Positions 1 through 8,434 of a DNA stretch of 64,000 nt are shown here, in pieces. The notes under the pieces are model-generated. The model saw nothing but the letters and a program-made list of their open reading frames with translations. It was not told the DNA's origin and did no database searches. The translations under genes and the position numbers were made by a program. Each line of letters starts with the position of its first letter. The first letter of the stretch is position 1. This stretch comes from an uncultured Candidatus Saccharibacteria bacterium (GTDB taxonomy: Bacteria; Patescibacteriota; Minisyncoccia; Phycocordibacterales; 2-02-FULL-43-11), in assembly GCA_964348785.1 (NCBI GenBank), contig CAYGDO010000002.1, positions 2,238 through 66,237 of the forward strand, written 5' to 3'.

Positions 1-19
1 GTGGAAAAGTAAGGAGGAG

Positions 20-214
20 ATGGAAAAATATATTTTAACCAATAAGGCCGACATTGGTGAAGAACTTGCAGATGTTCTGTACTGGGTTTTGCTTATGAGT
101 AACGATTTAAAAATAGACGTACTTGAAGCGCTTGAAAAGAAAATCTCAAAGAACGAAGAAAAATATCCGGTTGAAAAAGCAAAGGGTAAGCATACTAAAT
201 ACAATAAACTATGA
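20..214 (+). CDS. MazG-like nucleoside-triphosphate pyrophosphohydrolase domain protein (may extend upstream of window; no in-frame stop before pos 20)
   Basis: Translation EELADVLYWVLLMSNDLKIDVLEALEKKISKNEEKYP matches MazG/NTP-PPase helical core; AGGAGG RBS 8 nt upstream of ATG; stop overlaps next start (ATGA) -> translational coupling. Confidence 0.45.
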   Translation: MEKYILTNKADIGEELADVLYWVLLMSNDLKIDVLEALEKKISKNEEKYPVEKAKGKHTKYNKL

Positions 215-1323
215 TGGACTTAACAGGCGCTCTAAACGCCAAACAATTCTATAGGTTTACGGGACCACCAGAACATTGGCTTACAGCATTAAAGCACTGG
301 ACTTGGGGACTAGAAGACCATCATCGAGAACGATGGAAAAATATACAAACCGGCGATGTGTTTTTTATTCATAGTACTGGCGCACAAGCATCAGCGTTTA
401 ATAATGCAACTTCAGGAATAATTGGAATTGGCGTTGTGGGCTTCGATTTCTCAGTAAAAGAAACTCCTCTTTGGCATTATGAGATAAAAAACGGTGTAAA
501 TAGATGGCCACTATTAGTTCCACTTACGGAAATATATTTATTTAGTGAATTACCTGACCCGGCAACATGGGAATCCCCTGAGCCTAAAAATGACACAAGT
601 ACAACAAAGCTCATTGATCAGTTACTCGTAAATCGAATTCCGGTATCCAACATTAAAGGGTTTCCCCAGATGGGAAGTTTTTCTAGTGTATCTTTTGATG
701 TAGCGAAACAGATTTTATTTCAAGATAAACCCCTCTATCTATACTCCGGTCATTCTTTACGAGGTCAAATTAAAAATGAAGATAAACTATCAGACATGGC
801 TGAAGTACATAATGCGACTGAAACTCTACGCTCGGCCGCTTCTCTGAGGTTTTTGGAAGAATTAAATAGACGAATGATTGTTAAACCATTTTCGCACGTG
901 ACTAGGAATAATGATATTCTCGCACGCGCTGAGCTAACCCACCATACTGTTTTAGAACAGCTAATAAGTATTTTTCGCAATAAAGGCTATGTGACTCTTT
1001 CAAATAAACACGTGGATTTATTCGCTTATAACGAGTCAAGATCTTTTCTTTTTGAGGTAAAAAGTACTGAAAATAGAAATTTTCGTGTTCAAGCACGCAA
1101 AGGAATTGTCCAGTTATTTGAGTATGATTATTTCGAAATCAACAAATTCAAAGAGGAAAAGAATATCAAATTTAAGGAGTCATACGATTTACTAGTTCCG
1201 TCACAAGAACCAAAAGATTCTTCCTATATAAGATTCATTAATTCGCTTGATCTTGGTGTTGCGATGGTTAAAGACAAAAAACTAATAGCTATTGGTAACG
1301 ATAGTGGCTTTTCAAATATATGA
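211..1323 (+). CDS. EVE (PUA-like) domain fused to PD-(D/E)xK nuclease domain; putative modification-dependent (type IV-like) restriction endonuclease
   Basis: N-terminal ~120 aa fits EVE pattern (W..GL.D..RERWKNIQTGDVFFIHSTG...GIIGIGVVG...NRWPLLV...); C-terminal region has restriction-endonuclease-like core HVDLFAYNESRSFLFEVKS (D...ExK) followed by QARKGIVQLFEY; ATGA overlap with both neighbours. Confidence 0.5.
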   Translation: MMDLTGALNAKQFYRFTGPPEHWLTALKHWTWGLEDHHRERWKNIQTGDVFFIHSTGAQASAFNNATSGIIGIGVVGFDFSVKETPLWHYEIKNGVNRWPLLVPLTEIYLFSELPDPATWESPEPKNDTSTTKLIDQLLVNRIPVSNIKGFPQMGSFSSVSFDVAKQILFQDKPLYLYSGHSLRGQIKNEDKLSDMAEVHNATETLRSAASLRFLEELNRRMIVKPFSHVTRNNDILARAELTHHTVLEQLISIFRNKGYVTLSNKHVDLFAYNESRSFLFEVKSTENRNFRVQARKGIVQLFEYDYFEINKFKEEKNIKFKESYDLLVPSQEPKDSSYIRFINSLDLGVAMVKDKKLIAIGNDSGFSNI

Positions 1324-2357
1324 AGATTAAATTCAAAAAAGAAGATTTTTATAAATGTTTCGAATTTCCGGTGAAGTATTACCTTGATGAGACTAAATCT
1401 AAATCAAACAGAACCACCGGACAACAGAGAGGACTAGGCTCTATCATAAATGATTTTTTCCTAGGAAAACTAATTGAGATAGGAGTGGCAAGAGCTATTG
1501 AAGAGAGAAGTAATAATAAAAAAATACACTTGGATTTTGATATACATGAATCGGGCGAGAATCACGATAACGATCCTGATATTGTGAAAGTAACAGAATC
1601 GGGAAAAGATCGCGAGCCTAAGTTATATCTTGAAATAAAAAATGTTTCTGAAAATGACAGATTTATAGGCCTTACTTCTGAACAATGCTCTACTATGCTC
1701 GGTAGCAGAATTATTTCAAACGATTCCTCGAGGCTATTCATTGTATACGGAACAGTTTCTTCATCTGATAAATCAAAAATATGTGATGTGTTTGGCGCAT
1801 ATTTGAAATCAGAAATAAAAGATGATCTTTTAGATGGGTTTGCAGATATAGCCGATATTTATCTTGAAATTAAAAGTGTCATAAATACGAAAGAGCTTAC
1901 CGAAAATTGTTTGAAGTTTGATAAAGGGTCGCTGTTTTATGAGACTGAAATATTGGGGCCAGAAATAACTGAGACAAAGGCTAACAAAATAAGAGCTTCA
2001 GAATATGAGACAAAAAATTTAAAGGATGAAGTCTTACCGATAATAATGATGAACAGCTATCCTGCTCCAAAAGAATTCGGCGAATTCAGACTTGAAGGAC
2101 AAACAACCTTATTTATAAAGATTAACGACAAATCAAAAAGAATTTATTTAGACTGCCATTCTAACGGATACATTGAGAATAAATCTCTCGGAAGATTCGA
2201 TCTAAAAAACGGAAAAATGTATGAACTTTTCTTCACAACCATAGGGCGAAATCCTGTTTTAAGCAGAAACAACTTGTGGATCGCCCGGCGGAATGTAAAT
2301 AACATTATCCCAGATACTGTCGAACAGCGAATCGAGTATATAGCAAAAAATATTTAA
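1320..2357 (+). CDS. Putative type II-like restriction endonuclease (PD-(D/E)xK superfamily)
   Basis: Motif NDPDIVKV...(16 aa)...KLYLEIKNV = PD-x(n)-ExK; 3' end overlaps 4 nt convergently with the C5-MTase gene, a common R-M arrangement. Confidence 0.45.
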   Translation: MKIKFKKEDFYKCFEFPVKYYLDETKSKSNRTTGQQRGLGSIINDFFLGKLIEIGVARAIEERSNNKKIHLDFDIHESGENHDNDPDIVKVTESGKDREPKLYLEIKNVSENDRFIGLTSEQCSTMLGSRIISNDSSRLFIVYGTVSSSDKSKICDVFGAYLKSEIKDDLLDGFADIADIYLEIKSVINTKELTENCLKFDKGSLFYETEILGPEITETKANKIRASEYETKNLKDEVLPIIMMNSYPAPKEFGEFRLEGQTTLFIKINDKSKRIYLDCHSNGYIENKSLGRFDLKNGKMYELFFTTIGRNPVLSRNNLWIARRNVNNIIPDTVEQRIEYIAKNI

Positions 2358-3934
2358 GAATTCATTGCTCTCATCATTTGTTTTGCCACAGCTTCAATCA
2401 CTGGAACGCTAACAGAATTTCCAGCTTGTTTGTATAAGGCCGAATCAGAAATTGTGGGCAAAATATAGTCTTTTGGAAAACCTTGAATTCTAAAACATTC
2501 TAAAGGAGTCAATTTTCTTATTCCTTTTTTATCTTTAATTATTGGCACGTTATGTCCGCCCATTCCCATGTTTGCAGTCAGAGTAGGGCATACACTACTT
2601 TTATTTTCTCTAACGTATTGTCTACGCCATTGATAAACTTTTCCTTCTTCTTTTATAAAATTTTTCAATTTTTCAAACAAAGGTTTACCATTGTAATAAT
2701 ATTTTTCTGGAACATTTTTTTCTAATAAATCAGTAATTTTTGTATTCAATTTGATTGGACTAGGAAACTCAAATCTGTCTGAGTATGACTTATTTCTAAA
2801 GCCTACAATATAGATTCTCTCTCTATTTTGAGGAACATTTCCATATTCCATAGTATTTAAAACCTTAATTTTTACATAATAACCGAGGTCTTTTAAGGCC
2901 TCTTCAATAATCCTAAAAGTTTTTCCTCCATCGTGACTCTTTAGATTTTTTACATTCTCCAAAAGAAAACCCTCAGGCTTTCTAGCTTCTAAAATTCGAG
3001 CAATATCAAAAAACAAATTTCCTCTACCTTTTTCATCATTGAATCCTTGTCTGTATCCTGCGATAGAAAAAGCCTGACAAGGAAAACCTCCCAAAATAAA
3101 ATCGAATTTTGGTAAATCATCGATTCCAATCTTTCTAATATCTTCTACTACCAATTTAGAATCCTTAAAATTTAAATCATAAGTTTCTTTACATTTTTGA
3201 TCAAAATCATTTGCAAAAACTGTTTTAAATCCAGCCCTTTCAAAACCTATACGAATACCTCCAATACCAGCAAATAAATCTAAGGTACGAAAACCATGTT
3301 TATTCTTTTTTTGTTTTTCCTCTTGCGGAACATTTTTTATATTACTTATTACTTGAACGACAACTCCTCTAATTTCAACATCTGTCCTAAATAAAGGGCT
3401 CATATTTGGATTTCTAGGTTCCAATCTGATTCTATTTTTTTCGTAATAAAGTCTTTTCAAAGTTGCCTCATTGTCATCAATAATAGCGACGACGGTCTGA
3501 CCGTTTTCTGCAACAGATTGTTTTTTGATAACAACAATATCACCATCAAATATTCCGTCATCAATCATGCTCTCACCAACAACTCGTAAAGCGTAATAAC
3601 CATTTGAATTTTTTATACTAGGGTTTACTATAGAAATAGTATCCTCATGATTTTCGATTACTTCTATAGGCTGTCCGGCAGCAATTCTTCCTAAAACAGG
3701 AATCTCAATGATTGATTTAATTTCTTTCATCGGAGAAAGGCCTCTGACTGAATTTTCCGACCGAGAAAGAAAGCCCTTGTTTTTTAAAGAAGAAATATGT
3801 TCATGCACAGTGGACACAGCCCTAAGTTTTAATTGTTTTTTTATTTCTTCAAAAGTGGGGGATATGCCATTTTCAGAAAAATAACTGTTAACAAAATCAA
3901 ATACTTGTTTTTGTTTTTTTGTTAAATTAGACAT
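2354..3934 (-). CDS. LexA-like repressor (wHTH + S24 peptidase) fused to DNA (cytosine-5)-methyltransferase (Dcm family)
   Basis: N-terminal 200 aa collinear with LexA: MSNLTKKQKQVFDF...HTH, cleavage site RIAAGQP (Ala-Gly), catalytic Ser in VVGESMIDDG and Lys in EATLKRL; C-terminal 320 aa has C5-MTase motifs I FAGIGG, IV GFPCQAFS, VI ENV, VIII QNRERIYIVG, X GNSVSVPV; single uninterrupted 526-aa ORF. Confidence 0.85.
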   Translation of the reverse strand: MSNLTKKQKQVFDFVNSYFSENGISPTFEEIKKQLKLRAVSTVHEHISSLKNKGFLSRSENSVRGLSPMKEIKSIIEIPVLGRIAAGQPIEVIENHEDTISIVNPSIKNSNGYYALRVVGESMIDDGIFDGDIVVIKKQSVAENGQTVVAIIDDNEATLKRLYYEKNRIRLEPRNPNMSPLFRTDVEIRGVVVQVISNIKNVPQEEKQKKNKHGFRTLDLFAGIGGIRIGFERAGFKTVFANDFDQKCKETYDLNFKDSKLVVEDIRKIGIDDLPKFDFILGGFPCQAFSIAGYRQGFNDEKGRGNLFFDIARILEARKPEGFLLENVKNLKSHDGGKTFRIIEEALKDLGYYVKIKVLNTMEYGNVPQNRERIYIVGFRNKSYSDRFEFPSPIKLNTKITDLLEKNVPEKYYYNGKPLFEKLKNFIKEEGKVYQWRRQYVRENKSSVCPTLTANMGMGGHNVPIIKDKKGIRKLTPLECFRIQGFPKDYILPTISDSALYKQAGNSVSVPVIEAVAKQMMRAMNS

Positions 3935-3989
3935 ATTGATATAAAAAATCTTTAGCGCTACACTTATATTATAACCGAAAAAAAACCGA

Positions 3990-4664
3990 ATGAGTCAGCA
4001 AGTTATCCACAATATAAAAAAATACTGGAAAAAAATTTGTAATTTTTTTCTTAAAAAGGGGTTGCCTTTGTTAATAACTCTTATTTTTCTTATTCCCCCT
4101 TTTCTTAGTTTACATGCTTTTGTATTTTCAGAAATAAGTTTCAAAATAAAAACTGAGAAACCTAATGATGGAATACTAAAAATATCTATACTAAAAGAAG
4201 AGGTGAGATATCCTGCATATCAAGATATGATTTCTAAACTATTACAGATACCTCTAAACCTAAATCACTACAATGTATGTTTCCAAAATAAAAGTTATAA
4301 AAAAGAATCTGGAAAAAAAGAATTTTTACCATTAGAAGACGTCACCTTAATAAAAAGTGGTGATCCAAATAATATAATTGAACAATTTGACATGCTAAAT
4401 GAAGATTATGTCTGTAAAAATATAAATCTTTATGAAACAACAATATCTAAGGGAACATATCAAATAAACTTCAATTCCATACCCCAAGAAATAGAAACTA
4501 AAGTAGATATCACAACCACCCCTACGGCCTCTTTAGCCATAACAGACAAAATCATAGGTGTCACAGCTTTCACTCTAGGATTATATGGTATTTTTTTAAT
4601 AATAAGAGAAGTATATTTAATTATAAGTAAAAGAATAATGGAGCTAAAAAAATCCGACGACTAG
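3990..4664 (+). CDS. Hypothetical membrane protein (N- and C-terminal TM helices)
   Basis: ORF with hydrophobic segments LPLLITLIFLIPPFLSLHAFVF and IIGVTAFTLGLYGIFLIIREVYLII; no recognisable family. Confidence 0.4.
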   Translation: MSQQVIHNIKKYWKKICNFFLKKGLPLLITLIFLIPPFLSLHAFVFSEISFKIKTEKPNDGILKISILKEEVRYPAYQDMISKLLQIPLNLNHYNVCFQNKSYKKESGKKEFLPLEDVTLIKSGDPNNIIEQFDMLNEDYVCKNINLYETTISKGTYQINFNSIPQEIETKVDITTTPTASLAITDKIIGVTAFTLGLYGIFLIIREVYLIISKRIMELKKSDD

Positions 4665-4719
4665 CGCCTTACACAAAATTACCCCTTGCTTTTTTGGGGG
4701 AATATGGTATAATAGGAGT

Positions 4720-5037
4720 ATGAATTACATAATAACAGCTATCATTCCTGCCCTTATGGGAACTTCGCTTTTGATAGGAGGACATATGTTAGACAGTAGC
4801 AAAATCATTGCTTCTGCTTGGGAAGCCTCAAATTTGGCCAATAGACATCAAATCAGAACAGTTTTGGAACTCTATTATTTAGATAATAACGAGTATCCAG
4901 AGTCTAAAAATGCTAGCGAACTTTTCGATGAACTTTATAAAAAAGGTTACATCGAAGAGAAGCCAGTAAATCCTGAGGCCTTCGAATATAGAACTGAAAA
5001 CTCTTATCAAAACTACAAATTTAGTATTAAGCAGTAA
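4720..5037 (+). CDS. Pseudopilin/GspG-like domain protein (lacks canonical prepilin leader)
   Basis: NRHQIRTVLELYYLDNNEYPES resembles conserved T2SS GspG/type IV pilin core (A..Q...L..Y..DNG.YP); hydrophobic N-terminus. Confidence 0.4.
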   Translation: MNYIITAIIPALMGTSLLIGGHMLDSSKIIASAWEASNLANRHQIRTVLELYYLDNNEYPESKNASELFDELYKKGYIEEKPVNPEAFEYRTENSYQNYKFSIKQ

Positions 5038-5040
5038 CAA

Positions 5041-5090
5041 AAAACATAAAACTCACCAATAAGGTGAGTTTTATGTTTTTTGTCTAGTTT
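5041..5090 (+). terminator. Rho-independent terminator
   Basis: aaaactcacc-aataa-ggtgagtttt stem-loop followed by TGTTTTTTG. Confidence 0.6.
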
Positions 5091-5147
5091 CAATTTAATT
5101 TAAATAAGCTAGAATTTAGAACACTTTAAAATTTAAAGAAAAACAAA

Positions 5148-6401
5148 ATGGACACAATCAAAGAAAACAAAAATATTTGTATAGACTGCCGTGGCAGAAT
5201 CGAATCACTCCACGAAATGGTAAAACTAACCGAATCAGAAAGAGCTTTGCTTTCAAGACCTAGAAGAGTCTTTACTTTTGGCATACCGGTAAGAATGGAC
5301 AGCGGGGTAGTTCGAGTTTTCAATGGTTACCGTGTCCAATACAACGACGCTCTTGGTCCAACAAAAGGTGGTATCAGATATCACGAAGAAGTTGATTTGG
5401 AAGAAGTTAAAACTCTTTCATTTCTTATGGCTTTGAAATGCTCTTTAGCAGATCTTCCTTTTGGTGGCGGTAAAGGTGGAATTGAAGTTGATCCAACAAA
5501 ATTATCAGTTGGCGAACTTGAAAGACTGACAAGAGGATACGTAAGAGAAATTCACCAATTTATCGGCCCACGAATCGACGTGCCGGCGCCTGACGTAAAT
5601 ACCAACGGACAGATAATGGCATGGTTCGTCGACGAATATTCAAAAATAAAAGGTGAGTTTACTCCTGGAGTAGTGACAGGTAAACCAATAGAACTTGGCG
5701 GATCATTGGGCAGAGAAGAAGCGACAGCTTTGGGTGGCGCATTCGTTCTAGAAAACTTCTTAAAATCAACTAAAAAGTATAAAAAAGGATTAAAGGTAGC
5801 AATCCAAGGATTTGGCAATGTGGGAGGCAATATGGCCAAAATTTTGGATAATTGGGGCTATAAAGTGGTGGCTATTAGCGACGTAAACGGTGCCGTCTAT
5901 GATGAAAAAGGTTTTGCTATAAACAAAGTCTGCGACGCACAAAAGGGAACTTGCAAACCGGATCATTTCAAAGGCAAAAAGATAACCAATCAAGAGCTTT
6001 TGTATTTGCCAGTTGATATCTTGATCCCAGCGGCGCTCTCCAAACAAATCACTTCTGCCAATGCCGATAAAGTAAAAGCAAAAATAATTGTTGAAATGGC
6101 TAATGCTCCTGTAACCGAAGAAGCCGATGCCATTTTGGAGAAGAAAGGAATTACAGTTATTCCAGATATTTTGGCAAATTCTGGCGGTGTTATTGTGAGC
6201 TATTTTGAATGGGTTCAAAACTCCTCAAACGAATATTGGACAAAAGAAAGAGTAAACGAATCGTTAGAAGAAAAAATCGGTTTGGCTTTCAAAAAAGCTT
6301 TTGATTTCAAAATAAAAAATGACATGTCATTTAGAGAGGCCTGTTACGGCATCGCTATTGATAGGATTTTAAAAGCGGAAAGGATGAGAGGGACGGTATA
6401 A
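5148..6401 (+). CDS. gdhA: Glutamate dehydrogenase (Glu/Leu/Phe/Val dehydrogenase family)
   Basis: LPFGGGKGG catalytic glycine-rich motif, GFGNVG Rossmann NAD(P)-binding motif, overall collinearity with GDH. Confidence 0.9.
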   Translation: MDTIKENKNICIDCRGRIESLHEMVKLTESERALLSRPRRVFTFGIPVRMDSGVVRVFNGYRVQYNDALGPTKGGIRYHEEVDLEEVKTLSFLMALKCSLADLPFGGGKGGIEVDPTKLSVGELERLTRGYVREIHQFIGPRIDVPAPDVNTNGQIMAWFVDEYSKIKGEFTPGVVTGKPIELGGSLGREEATALGGAFVLENFLKSTKKYKKGLKVAIQGFGNVGGNMAKILDNWGYKVVAISDVNGAVYDEKGFAINKVCDAQKGTCKPDHFKGKKITNQELLYLPVDILIPAALSKQITSANADKVKAKIIVEMANAPVTEEADAILEKKGITVIPDILANSGGVIVSYFEWVQNSSNEYWTKERVNESLEEKIGLAFKKAFDFKIKNDMSFREACYGIAIDRILKAERMRGTV

Positions 6402-6521
6402 GCGTGGAACGTAGAATGTGGAGCGTAGAACGTAGAACGCAATAATTATCAATAAAAAAGTAATGTGCAAAAAATGCATATTGCAATATAAGTGACATCT
6501 TAAAGGCCACACAATAAAACA

Positions 6522-6920
6522 ATGAATCATTATTACGCAAATCTAGAAGAAGAAACAATAAAGAATAAGGATTTCAGAAGAGTTTTGTTCACTTCTGAAC
6601 ACAGCCAATTGGTTTTGATGTGTGTACCACCAAAAGAAGACATTGGTAAAGAAATTCACGACCTTGATCAATTTATAAGAGTGGAAAAAGGAATAGGTGA
6701 AGCAATAATAGACAACGTTCACCATGTTCTTAGCGATGGCTTTGCAATTATCATTCCAAAAGGCGCCGAGCATAATGTTGTAAACACTTCTCCAAATCAA
6801 GATTTACTTTTATATTCCATCTACACCCCGCCAGAACATAAAAAAGACACTATCCATCACAGCAAAAAAGATGCGATTGCCGACAAAGACCATGAATTTG
6901 ATGGTAAAACTTCTCTTTAG
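6522..6920 (+). CDS. Cupin domain protein
   Basis: Small protein with cupin-like two-motif layout (G.E.H..D..E...V..G.G...I ... H.V.N). Confidence 0.55.
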   Translation: MNHYYANLEEETIKNKDFRRVLFTSEHSQLVLMCVPPKEDIGKEIHDLDQFIRVEKGIGEAIIDNVHHVLSDGFAIIIPKGAEHNVVNTSPNQDLLLYSIYTPPEHKKDTIHHSKKDAIADKDHEFDGKTSL

Positions 6921-7030
6921 TTTCCAAAAATTATAAAAAATGTTATAATGATTTTATGAATAAGAAAATTAAACAAGCTGCTAAAAAGCACAGGAGAAAG
7001 AAAGGCAAAAAAATAAGCATGAGGCAATAA

Positions 7031-7060
7031 AAAAGTCCCCCTAGTGGGGATTTTTTGTTG
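7031..7060 (+). terminator. Rho-independent terminator
   Basis: gtcccccta/gtggggat stem followed by TTTTTTGTTG. Confidence 0.5.
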
Positions 7061-7074
7061 TAATATATAAATGT

Positions 7075-7317
7075 ATGAACAAAGGCAAAAAAGAGGAAAT
7101 AATCAGAATCAAAGTTATTCCAAACTCAAAAAAAGAGATAATCGAAAATGATAAACCAAATCATTGGATTTTTAAGATAAAAGAAAAAGCCGAAAATAAT
7201 ATGGCCAATGATAGGGTTTTAGAAATCGTTAAGACGATGACACACAAAAAAGCTAAAAACGTCAAAATCCTCTCTGGCCATCAAAAACCAACAAAAATAT
7301 TAGTAGCGGAATATTAG
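7075..7317 (+). CDS. DUF167 (YggU) family protein
   Basis: IRIKVIPNSKK...NDRVLEIVKTM...VKILSGHQKPTKIL matches YggU pattern (V.P.AK...GKAN..L...L....V.I..G..S..K.I). Confidence 0.6.
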   Translation: MNKGKKEEIIRIKVIPNSKKEIIENDKPNHWIFKIKEKAENNMANDRVLEIVKTMTHKKAKNVKILSGHQKPTKILVAEY

Positions 7318-7337
7318 AAATAACCTATAATATAAGT

Positions 7338-7697
7338 ATGGAAATAAAAACAAAATACACAAACCTAACCTTAACCCCAGAAACAAAAGAGCAGTTAATC
7401 AAAAAGATTGAGTCTGTGTCTAAAATCGTAGGCGAGGAAGAAAACATTCTATTTGAAGTAGAATTTGAAAAATCTTCTAAACATCAAACAGGAGACGTTT
7501 TCAGAGCTGAGATCAATATGACTGTCGACGGAAAACAATTTCGAGCAGAATCAGAAAAATCAGATTTATTGAGCGCGGTTGATGAAGCTAAAGATGAAAT
7601 TGGGAATATTTTAAGGTCATACAAAAACAAGCAAAAGTCTTGGGTTCGTCGAAGTGGCACACAATTAAAAGAATTTATTCGTAAATTTTATAAATAG
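7338..7697 (+). CDS. hpf: Ribosome hibernation promoting factor (HPF/RaiA family)
   Basis: beta-alpha-beta-beta-beta-alpha layout: MEIKTKYTNLTLTPETKEQLIKKIESV...FEVEFEKSSKHQTGDVFRAEINMTVDGKQFRAESEKSDLLSAVDEAKDEI. Confidence 0.75.
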   Translation: MEIKTKYTNLTLTPETKEQLIKKIESVSKIVGEEENILFEVEFEKSSKHQTGDVFRAEINMTVDGKQFRAESEKSDLLSAVDEAKDEIGNILRSYKNKQKSWVRRSGTQLKEFIRKFYK

Positions 7698-7699
7698 AT

Positions 7700-8368
7700 A
7701 TGTTTGAAAGAATATTAGAGGGCCGACAAAAAACGGTTGTAATTTTAGGGTTATGCGTCATAGCGATAGTTTTGGGTTATTTCATATTAAAAGCTAATCA
7801 AGGTAAAAACATGATTGAGACAACAAAAACGATTCAAACTTCAGAAAATTATACTGGAGCAGTCATTGAAACCAATTTGGGCACTTTTAAAATTTCTTTC
7901 TTAAAAGATAAAAGTCCAGAAACAGTTAAAAACTTTGTCACTTTAGCCAAAAAAGGATTTTATGAAAATACTAAATTTCATAGAGTTATCAAAAATTTCA
8001 TGATTCAAGGTGGCGATCCTAACTCAAAAGATGAAGATAAAAGCCTTTATGGAAGAGGAGGTCCAGGATACCAGTTTAACGATGAAATCTCTGATGAACC
8101 ATTGGTAAGAGGTATAGTAGCCATGGCTAATTCCGGACCAAACACAAACGGTAGCCAATTTTTCATTATCACCACTCCAGCAACTCCTTGGCTTCAAGGT
8201 AAACACACAGCTTTTGCTAAAGTTGTAGAGGGAATGGATACAATAGATAAAATAGAAAAAGTTAAATCTGTTGTTTGTTCTCAAGCAGATTATTATGACC
8301 CAACAAAATTCTGCGACGTCCCACTTGATCCTGTAATCGTAAGCAAAATTTCTCTGATAGAGAATTAA
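7700..8368 (+). CDS. ppiB: Peptidyl-prolyl cis-trans isomerase, cyclophilin type, membrane-anchored
   Basis: FHRVIKNFMIQGGDP, GRGGPGYQFNDE, VAMANSGPNTNGSQFFI cyclophilin signatures; N-terminal TM helix. Confidence 0.85.
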   Translation: MFERILEGRQKTVVILGLCVIAIVLGYFILKANQGKNMIETTKTIQTSENYTGAVIETNLGTFKISFLKDKSPETVKNFVTLAKKGFYENTKFHRVIKNFMIQGGDPNSKDEDKSLYGRGGPGYQFNDEISDEPLVRGIVAMANSGPNTNGSQFFIITTPATPWLQGKHTAFAKVVEGMDTIDKIEKVKSVVCSQADYYDPTKFCDVPLDPVIVSKISLIEN

Positions 8369-8376
8369 AACTCCCA

Positions 8377-8426
8377 TTTGGAGGTTCGACCTCCAAACAA
8401 AAAATCGAGGATAGGCCTCGATTTTT
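8377..8426. terminator. Pair of hairpins between convergent ppiB and fmt (bidirectional terminator)
   Basis: tttggaggttcgacctccaaa and aaaaatcgagg-atagg-cctcgatttttt. Confidence 0.55.
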
Positions 8427-8434
8427 TGTTTAGA

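Noticed and set aside
3990-5037. Assigning the membrane protein and pseudopilin-like gene to the defence locus
   Set aside because: They are separated by a divergent promoter region and have no recognisable defence-related domains. Kept as ordinary hypothetical genes.
5552-6218. Antisense ORFs inside gdhA (5552..5839, 5790..6218), and similar antisense ORFs inside murA, mreB, proS, lysS, priA, fmt/def, ftsI, M64 peptidase
   Set aside because: They are fully embedded in strongly supported genes on the opposite strand and have no homology-like features. These are standard spurious shadow ORFs.
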